A DNA stretch of 64,000 nucleotides. Source: Pseudobdellovibrionaceae bacterium (GTDB lineage Bacteria > Bdellovibrionota > Bdellovibrionia > Bdellovibrionales > Bdellovibrionaceae). Each line of letters opens with the position of its first letter. The first letter of the stretch is position 1. Both the position numbers and the translations under genes were made by a program. This document shows positions 58,011-64,000 of the stretch, one piece after another. The DNA lies in the NCBI GenBank assembly GCA_039810425.1, contig JBDHWW010000001.1, positions 1 through 64,000 of the forward strand, read 5' to 3'. Below the pieces are notes generated by a model that saw only the letters and a list, made by a program, of their open reading frames with translations, was not told where the DNA came from and searched no databases.

Positions 58011-58435
58011 CGCCACCGCTGCAACTCATCGCACATGTGAAGCGGTCGATCGAAACAGGTCATTCTACCCGCGCCGGCGTGCTTAGTTACGTGAGGTCAG
58101 AGCGCTCAAACTTTGCAAAGGACGTTTCAAAGTGGCTCGGCCATTTGGATCAGGGGTTGCCGGTCGGGTATCTTTTGGTACTTCAACACTCACAGTACCG
58201 CCGTAGTCTCCTCGAACTGTTGGAGCGCGGGATGCGGGGTGAAAGTATTTATGTTTATCTGTGTCAGCTAGAGCAAGAGACCATCGAGGCCTGCCAAGAT
58301 GAAATCAATCGCAAACTGACGAAGCTACCCTTTCTGCTGCTTGCTCCGCTGCTTTTGCTGCAGTTTCCAGCGTTTTTGATGCTTCTTTTTGGCCCTCTCC
58401 TTGATAATTTTTTTCACTCTTTTGGGGGCGGGTGA
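57998..58435 (+). CDS. Short TadC-like membrane protein
   Basis: Overlaps the tadB-like gene; ends KLTKLPFLLLAPLLLLQFPAFLMLLFGP, resembling a TadC C-terminus. Confidence 0.6.
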   Translation: MDHIAPPLQLIAHVKRSIETGHSTRAGVLSYVRSERSNFAKDVSKWLGHLDQGLPVGYLLVLQHSQYRRSLLELLERGMRGESIYVYLCQLEQETIEACQDEINRKLTKLPFLLLAPLLLLQFPAFLMLLFGPLLDNFFHSFGGG

Positions 58436-58461
58436 TACAGTAGGGGTGTTGGAGGATAGCA

Positions 58462-58671
58462 ATGACAAGAGTCTGCACGAAGCAACAAGATCTTGAGATG
58501 TTGGTTGATGAATTAATGAAGGATCAACCCAACAAAAACACGGTTAAGAAGCTTTCGACAAAGCTTGGCATGAACTATTCTGTCGATCCATTGACTCAAA
58601 TGAATACGGTTCTTCAGTCCATGAACACCGTTTATTTGCGCCAGCATACAAAAAAAGAACTCGAAAACTAG
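58462..58671 (+). CDS. Small hypothetical protein
   Basis: 69-aa ORF with GGAGG RBS filling the gap between genes. Confidence 0.7.
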   Translation: MTRVCTKQQDLEMLVDELMKDQPNKNTVKKLSTKLGMNYSVDPLTQMNTVLQSMNTVYLRQHTKKELEN

Positions 58672-58689
58672 AGAAAGTCCAAACCTCCC

Positions 58690-59739
58690 ATGTCTTATAA
58701 TAAAAGCATCCTCGAAACCGTCGGGCACACGCCCATTGTTCAACTCAAGAAAATCTTCCCGCACTCGAAACATAATTTTTTCGCAAAAGTGGAATACCTC
58801 AATCCAGGGGGCAGTATTAAGGATCGCGTGGCGATTGCAATGGTTGAGGAAGCTGAAAAGCGCGGTGATTTGAAGCATGGTGGCACAATTATCGAGGCAA
58901 CTTCTGGAAATACGGGCGTTGGATTGGCGCTTGTGGGTGCGGTGAAGGGCTATAAATGCATTTTCACCATGCCTGAGAAGATGAGCGAAGAGAAGAGAGC
59001 GATCCTTCGTGCCTACGGAGCGCGCGTGATTATTACTCCGACGAGTGCCGCTCCGGAAGATCCAATGTCACACTATTCCGTGGCTCAGAAGCTTGCAGAT
59101 ACGATTCCAGGCGCGTTCTTGGTGAATCAATTCCACAACCCGGACAATCCAAAACGTCACTATGAGACCACAGGACCCGAAATCTGGGAGCAGATGGAAG
59201 GCAAAGTCGATATGTTGGTTGGTGGGGCTGGAACTGGGGGGACACTTTCGGGTTGCGCAAAGTATTTGAAAGAGAAAAACCCGCAAGCAAAAGTGATCTG
59301 CGCGGACCCCATCGGCAGCATCCTTTACGATTTGTACTATCACAAGAGAATCGTGGACCCTCCAGGCTCTTATAAGGTTGAAGGCGTCGGCGAAGACATG
59401 TTGCCGGGAAATGTGCATTTGAAGTTGTACGACGGCTTTATTAAGGTGTCTGACCAAGAGGCTTTTGATATCACCCGGGAATTGGTGGCGAAAGAAGGTC
59501 TGCTGGTGGGTCCATCCAGCGGTTTAGCATTGGTTGGGGCGGCAAAAGCCGCTGAAAAACTGGAAAAACCATCTAATATTGTAGTGATTTTTCCAGACAG
59601 TGGTCGAGCTTACCTCAGCAAGGCGTTTAACGATCAATGGATGGTTGAAAACGGCCTGATGAAGGCAGTGGATCTGCAAAACACCTTCAACCGAGTGATC
59701 TCAGCAAAAGAAGCTCTCGAAGAGCTCTCAAAAAAATAA
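58690..59739 (+). CDS. PLP-dependent cysteine synthase family protein, probably cystathionine beta-synthase
   Basis: NPGGSIKDR, EATSGNTG, GAGTGGT, YKVEGVGED, FPDSGRAYLSK; adjacent to a cystathionine lyase. Confidence 0.88.
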   Translation: MSYNKSILETVGHTPIVQLKKIFPHSKHNFFAKVEYLNPGGSIKDRVAIAMVEEAEKRGDLKHGGTIIEATSGNTGVGLALVGAVKGYKCIFTMPEKMSEEKRAILRAYGARVIITPTSAAPEDPMSHYSVAQKLADTIPGAFLVNQFHNPDNPKRHYETTGPEIWEQMEGKVDMLVGGAGTGGTLSGCAKYLKEKNPQAKVICADPIGSILYDLYYHKRIVDPPGSYKVEGVGEDMLPGNVHLKLYDGFIKVSDQEAFDITRELVAKEGLLVGPSSGLALVGAAKAAEKLEKPSNIVVIFPDSGRAYLSKAFNDQWMVENGLMKAVDLQNTFNRVISAKEALEELSKK

Positions 59740-59748
59740 GGATTCGCC

Positions 59749-60918
59749 ATGAAAAATGATATGAACAAACTTGGCTTTGCAACTCGTGCTATCCACGCAG
59801 GACAGCAGCCTGATCCTACAACGGGAGCAATCATGACTCCGGTGTATTTAACCTCTACATATGTACAAGAATCTCCGGGTGTGCATAAAGGTTGGGAATA
59901 CAGCCGCACGCACAACCCAACACGCAGAGCTTACGAAGACTGCTTAGCGAATCTTGAAGGCGGTAAATATGGTTTTGCCTTTGCCTCTGGTTGCGCAGCA
60001 ACGACAACGATTCTTCACTTCCTGCAGCAGGGCGATCATGTGATTGCCGGTGACGATATGTATGGCGGAACGTTCCGTTTGTTCAATCGCGTTCTTAAGA
60101 ACAACGGCCTTGAGTTCTCTTATGTAGATCTAACGAACCCAGAGAATTTCGCGAAGACTTTAAAGCCAAATACAAAGATGGTGTGGCTGGAAACTCCGAC
60201 GAATCCGACTTTGAAGTTGGTTGATATTAAAAAAATAGCCAAAGTCGCGGCCGAAAATGGAGTGATCACGGTTGTTGATAACACTTTCATGAGCCCTTAC
60301 TTTCAAAGACCTCTTTCTTTGGGTGCTGATGTGGTTGTCCACTCAGCGACGAAGTACATCGGCGGGCATAGTGACGTTGTTGGCGGTATTGCCGTGACCA
60401 ACCGTCAGGATTTGGCAGAAAAGCTCGCGTTCTTGAGCAACTCTATGGGGGGAGTTCAAGGGGCGTTCGATTCTTTCATGTGCCTACGAAGTCTAAAAAC
60501 CCTGCCATTGAGAATGAAAGCTCATGCGAGCAACGCCCAGGCTGTGGCGGAATTTCTTGAAGCCCATCCAAAGGTTCAAAAAGTTCTCTATCCAGGTCTC
60601 AAATCCCATCCACAGCATACTCTGGCGAAAGAACAGATGTTGGGAATGGGCGGAATGATTACGTTCTATATCAAAGGAGGCCTCGCTCAAGCTCGCACCT
60701 TCCTTGAAAATGTCCGCGTTTTTGCACTGGCGGAGAGTTTGGGGGGAGTCGAATCCCTGATAGAACATCCGGCAATTATGACGCATGCGTCCGTGCCGCC
60801 GGAGAATCGCAAAGCACTAGGAATTGACGATACGTTGATTCGCCTTTCGGTGGGAATCGAGGATCTCGAGGACCTTTTGGCCGACCTAAAATCTGCTTTT
60901 GATAAGGTGAATGGTTGA
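59749..60918 (+). CDS. Cystathionine gamma-lyase/synthase (Cys/Met metabolism PLP enzyme)
   Basis: EYSRTHNPTR, ETPTNP, VDNTF, HSATKYIGGHSD, AESLGGVESL. Confidence 0.92.
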   Translation: MKNDMNKLGFATRAIHAGQQPDPTTGAIMTPVYLTSTYVQESPGVHKGWEYSRTHNPTRRAYEDCLANLEGGKYGFAFASGCAATTTILHFLQQGDHVIAGDDMYGGTFRLFNRVLKNNGLEFSYVDLTNPENFAKTLKPNTKMVWLETPTNPTLKLVDIKKIAKVAAENGVITVVDNTFMSPYFQRPLSLGADVVVHSATKYIGGHSDVVGGIAVTNRQDLAEKLAFLSNSMGGVQGAFDSFMCLRSLKTLPLRMKAHASNAQAVAEFLEAHPKVQKVLYPGLKSHPQHTLAKEQMLGMGGMITFYIKGGLAQARTFLENVRVFALAESLGGVESLIEHPAIMTHASVPPENRKALGIDDTLIRLSVGIEDLEDLLADLKSAFDKVNG

Positions 60919-60928
60919 CACTAAGCCC

Positions 60929-60961
60929 ATCAGGAAGGTAACTAATGGACCTTCCTGATTT
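60929..60961 (+). terminator. 11-bp hairpin between the lyase gene and tRNA-Phe
   Basis: ATCAGGAAGGT-N9-ACCTTCCTGAT followed by a short T run. Confidence 0.5.
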
Positions 60962-60966
60962 CGAAT

Positions 60967-61042
60967 GGCTCGGTAGCTCAGTCGGTAGAGCAGAGGATTG
61001 AAAATCCTTGTGTCGGCGGTTCAATTCCGTCCCGAGCCACCA
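60967..61042 (+). tRNA. tRNA-Phe (GAA)
   Basis: GGCTCGG/CCGAGCC acceptor stem, D arm AGCTCAGTCGGTAGAGC, anticodon loop TTGAAAA, GGTTCAATTCC T arm, encoded CCA; 76 nt. Confidence 0.97.
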
Positions 61043-61072
61043 TTTAGAATACCGGCCAAAATACAAAAATTA

Positions 61073-62281
61073 TTATTCTACATCGAGATACGCTTGCAGA
61101 TACTTATTCGGCAGACGGGCTTTGAGTTCCGCATTTTCGGCCTGATCGCGAGCGATGTCGTGGCGGAAGCGGATAAAGATGTTTGGGAGTCCATCCAACA
61201 TCTTTGCAAAGTCAGATTTAAAGAAGATGAACTTCTCCGACATGGGTGCGCTTGAGAAAATCAACCAGGCCACATCGCTTTGCTTTTTCACATGCTGGTG
61301 TTCCGGCGAAAGTTTACTAATTAAAGGCATGTCTCTTTGAAAAGGTACAAATTGTGTCGCTTGATAAACGCCCTCAGGCAAATCCCCATAAAATGCCGCG
61401 ACAAGAATATCTTTAAAAGATTCCGTTACCGCCTGGCGAGGCAGCGCAAGAGTTGGATCCGAATCTGTCGCGCGGAGATTAAGATGTCCATCACCGCGGG
61501 TCAGCCAAACATCGCCGCGGGAGTTTTGCACGCGAAGGCCTTCTTCTTTACGGGTGCGGAGGTTTAAGCTCTCTGTATTATGTAAAAACATCGAAAGTAA
61601 ATCACCGCGAGAAGACCGAAGAGTCCCCGGCAACTCTTCTTTTGCCCACTCTTTGAGTTGAATACGTGGAACGCGAATATGGCCGGAAGCAAATGCGTCC
61701 GTCAGATAGTGATCGGCATAAGCGTTAAAGATCAGAGCTTTATTCAAATAAGCACGGCTTTGCTGAGAATCTGAAGATTTCAAATCATATGAGCTTTTTG
61801 CAAATTGCAGAGCCTTACCGTGATATTCAACGTAGGCAATCATATTATTCCAACCGAAGTGATTGTAATTTTGCGATACGACTTCGAGATAGCCGGGAAT
61901 GCCAAAAACACCGGTTGAATCGCAGCTCGGGTATTCGATGTCTTCAGTGCGTTGCCTTGGCTGGACATTTTTTTGTTTGTAAGCGCACTTTAAAATTTTA
62001 GCGATGGCCGACTTTTTATCTTGGGCAAATTCTATGGGACTATTGTAATAGTCTGCCGAAGTGACGATTTCGCCGTATTGAAAAGTGTACTTACGATCAT
62101 CTCGATAGATGCGTTGATTCGGGCATTTCTCTTGTGAAATGCCCAGCGCCTTGCAGGCTATGGTCGAGCCGTCAATACCAAGTTCAAGATGCTCACCCTC
62201 TGACCATTTGACGTCCACTTGCTGTGCCGACGATAGCGAACCGATGAAGAATACTAAGAATAAAAAGCCAAACTGAATCAT
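61073..62281 (-). CDS. Secreted putative zinc-dependent phospholipase C (Legionella PlcA/B/C, Pseudomonas PC-PLC-like)
   Basis: Signal peptide; WSEGEH near the mature N-terminus, ADYY, NYNHF, AYADHYLTDAFASGH. Confidence 0.72.
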   Translation of the reverse strand: MIQFGFLFLVFFIGSLSSAQQVDVKWSEGEHLELGIDGSTIACKALGISQEKCPNQRIYRDDRKYTFQYGEIVTSADYYNSPIEFAQDKKSAIAKILKCAYKQKNVQPRQRTEDIEYPSCDSTGVFGIPGYLEVVSQNYNHFGWNNMIAYVEYHGKALQFAKSSYDLKSSDSQQSRAYLNKALIFNAYADHYLTDAFASGHIRVPRIQLKEWAKEELPGTLRSSRGDLLSMFLHNTESLNLRTRKEEGLRVQNSRGDVWLTRGDGHLNLRATDSDPTLALPRQAVTESFKDILVAAFYGDLPEGVYQATQFVPFQRDMPLISKLSPEHQHVKKQSDVAWLIFSSAPMSEKFIFFKSDFAKMLDGLPNIFIRFRHDIARDQAENAELKARLPNKYLQAYLDVE

Positions 62282-62348
62282 GCCCCGTTCAGATCGGGAA
62301 TTTTAGAGGCGGACTTAACGGAGATTGTTTATTTGTCGAGTTTCTAGA

Positions 62349-62930
62349 TTAAGGCCGTGAGACCCAAAAGCTATCTTTAAGGTAAAAACGGAGCGGCCAA
62401 GCCGCTGCCGCACCCGCATAGTCCACGCCGATTCGTGGAGCGCTCACGATTTGCTTGGTTTTTACCTTGAAACCATCATCTTCAACCCAAAGTCCTGAGC
62501 GCCTTTTCCAAAGCTTCAGGCCGTCTTGCTTTTTAGTGATACCAAAATGCTTGCAGAGCTTACCTGGACCATTGGTAAGTAGATTCTTCCTCAGGGGCCT
62601 TTCGCCCGGGAGATAAACGGGTTCTAATGCGCGAATCAACACCGCCTCGGGAGCACTTTTACGAGTTACAAAATTCAAGCAGTAGTACATTCCGTAGATG
62701 AGATACACGTAGGAGTGACCGCCATCAAGATACATGGTTTGAGTGCGCTCGGTACGCCGGTTGCCAAATGTATGAGCGGCCGGGTCTTTGATTCCAGTAT
62801 AGGCTTCTGTTTCAACAATGCGACCCGAAAAAAGTTTTTTATCTTCATTTTTAAAATAGAGAATTTTGCCTAAGAGCTTCTTAGCCACATCCTCAGTTTT
62901 CTGAAAATAAAAATCCTGTTCAAGAATCAT
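62349..62930 (-). CDS. mpg: 3-methyladenine DNA glycosylase (AAG/MPG family)
   Basis: GRIVETEAY, YVYLIYGMY, AVLIRALEP, TNGPGKLC, PRIGV. Confidence 0.95.
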   Translation of the reverse strand: MILEQDFYFQKTEDVAKKLLGKILYFKNEDKKLFSGRIVETEAYTGIKDPAAHTFGNRRTERTQTMYLDGGHSYVYLIYGMYYCLNFVTRKSAPEAVLIRALEPVYLPGERPLRKNLLTNGPGKLCKHFGITKKQDGLKLWKRRSGLWVEDDGFKVKTKQIVSAPRIGVDYAGAAAAWPLRFYLKDSFWVSRP

Positions 62931-62936
62931 GTGGAT

Positions 62937-62965
62937 AACTTAGCGGAATGTGGGGATAGAGTCAC
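62937..62965 (-). promoter_or_regulatory. Sigma70-type promoter predicting leaderless mpg mRNA
   Basis: GTGACT-17-TAAGTT-6-ATG. Confidence 0.5.
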
Positions 62966-63020
62966 CCCCGGATTGGCAAGGCCGCACCAGGGGATCGAAT
63001 ATAGACCGAAAAGCAAGGGT

Positions 63021-64000
63021 CTAAAAATTAATAGATGAAATAACTGGGGTCAGGTTCACGCGCTGAACTCGTGGCAAGTTGTACTTTCCCTGAATGACGT
63101 CGTTAGTTGGATTGTACATGCTCATCATAATATAGAAGTTTCCCCGAGGAACTGGCAGCCAATTTTGGGTGAACCCGCGAGGCTCATTCGCAGAAACATA
63201 AATATCCAAAGAGCCATCAGGATTATAGTTGAGTCCTTTAGAGTAACTGCCAACCGCATATCGGTGCAGGTTATTGGCAATCAGATTTTTCTGCGCGACA
63301 TTATACGGCGTCACCGACCACATAGCCCCGACCGGTGGCAAGTTGCCTTTGGAAAAACGGAGAATATAAGTCGAATTTCCATTTAAGCGGGCGTTATAGT
63401 TATCGACATAAGAAACCGGATGCAAGGATTCGAGAGGGGTGGACTGGCCAAAATAAACTTTGCTCATCGCCGCCCGTAGGGTGGGGTTGGCTTGTGTTTC
63501 CGGGGTTGTGATAACGTAGTTCCACCCCGCGCGATTGGTGACGAGCTTTGTCTTAACCGCATGGTCGATATCAAGCTCCGCCGAAGCAATAGCTCGAATG
63601 TAAGAATCACGAGTTTCGCGATTGGTTGCGAAGTTTGTTGTTTTTATTCCGGCTCCGATATTTGCGGAGCGGAATCTTTCCATCAGAGGTGTGTCCAGAG
63701 TGACCGGCTCGTTTTCTCGGAGAGCCGTGCCGAGCTCATCAAAAAATCCAACGCCCGCGTCAGCAAGCGCCCGAGGGTCTGCCACCGCCGTGTTTTTTGC
63801 ATTCAGTACGGGGGGTTTTTCTACGCGCTGTTTACCAAGATAGACATTGTAAGGCTTTAAGTCATAATTACTGATCAAACGCCGAGAACTGCGGACCGCT
63901 GATGTTGTTTCAGCTTGAATACGCCCATTAATCCAAGCGAAGTTTGTCGGAACGCGGATGTGCTCAAATCCGATGGGAGTTGCGCCAATGTATCTAGGAC
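63021..64000 (-). CDS. DUF1254/DUF1214 family protein, 5' end outside the window
   Basis: Frame stays open to the window edge (PRYIGATP...PTNFAWINGR); LPPVGAMWSVTPY, NPDGSLDIYV, NWLPVP. Confidence 0.85.
   Translation of the reverse strand, partial: PRYIGATPIGFEHIRVPTNFAWINGRIQAETTSAVRSSRRLISNYDLKPYNVYLGKQRVEKPPVLNAKNTAVADPRALADAGVGFFDELGTALRENEPVTLDTPLMERFRSANIGAGIKTTNFATNRETRDSYIRAIASAELDIDHAVKTKLVTNRAGWNYVITTPETQANPTLRAAMSKVYFGQSTPLESLHPVSYVDNYNARLNGNSTYILRFSKGNLPPVGAMWSVTPYNVAQKNLIANNLHRYAVGSYSKGLNYNPDGSLDIYVSANEPRGFTQNWLPVPRGNFYIMMSMYNPTNDVIQGKYNLPRVQRVNLTPVISSINF

Noticed and set aside
62291..62317. Sigma28-like TAAG-N15-CCCGATCT before the phospholipase gene
   Set aside because: Weak -10 match, and it would leave only about 3 nt of leader, excluding the apparent RBS
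62930..62938. Perfect DnaA box (TTATCCACA, minus strand) at the mpg start
   Set aside because: A single 9-mer is expected by chance roughly once in a window this size; no cluster suggesting oriC, though a regulatory role is not excluded
61043..64000. Genomic island integrated at tRNA-Phe
   Set aside because: No integrase, no duplicated tRNA 3' end seen, and mpg is an ordinary housekeeping gene

Overview
Gene-dense, mostly core chromosomal DNA. It is most likely from a Bdellovibrionota (Bdellovibrio-like predatory) bacterium; this is an inference from the Tad/type IV pilus parts, the many secreted hydrolases and the lipoprotein signals, not from a database search. Housekeeping content: lon, two tandem dksA/traR paralogues, an lpoA-like gene, dnaJ-grpE-hemW, an M16 peptidase, tatBC, a three-gene acyl-CoA carboxylase, asnS, a nucleoside salvage operon, pilT, rng, rplU-rpmA-obgE-nadD/rsfS-rlmH, comF-lolA-rimO, nadE, mdh-sucCD, ndk-rlmD-pilF-rodZ, an Mla/Mce-type ABC system, reverse trans-sulfuration genes, tRNA-Phe and mpg. 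I saw no CRISPR array, integrase, transposase, prophage or rRNA. Most interesting observations: (1) a 30-aa Lys/Ala/Thr histone-H1/protamine-like microprotein gene absent from the ORF track, with its own RBS, candidate promoter and terminator, whose repeat is echoed in a long L21 tail; (2) a coupled DUF2844+DUF3443 pair in which DUF3443 carries a full pepsin-type aspartic protease motif set; (3) tandem Zn-finger and Zn-free DksA paralogues, each with a non-canonical coiled-coil tip; (4) a NadD-RsfS fusion; (5) several cryptic secreted hydrolases (caspase/gingipain-like, zincin, Zn-phospholipase C); (6) recurring leaderless sigma70 promoters and a shared sigma54-type motif at comF and a tadB-like gene. 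All family calls come from motif recognition by eye.
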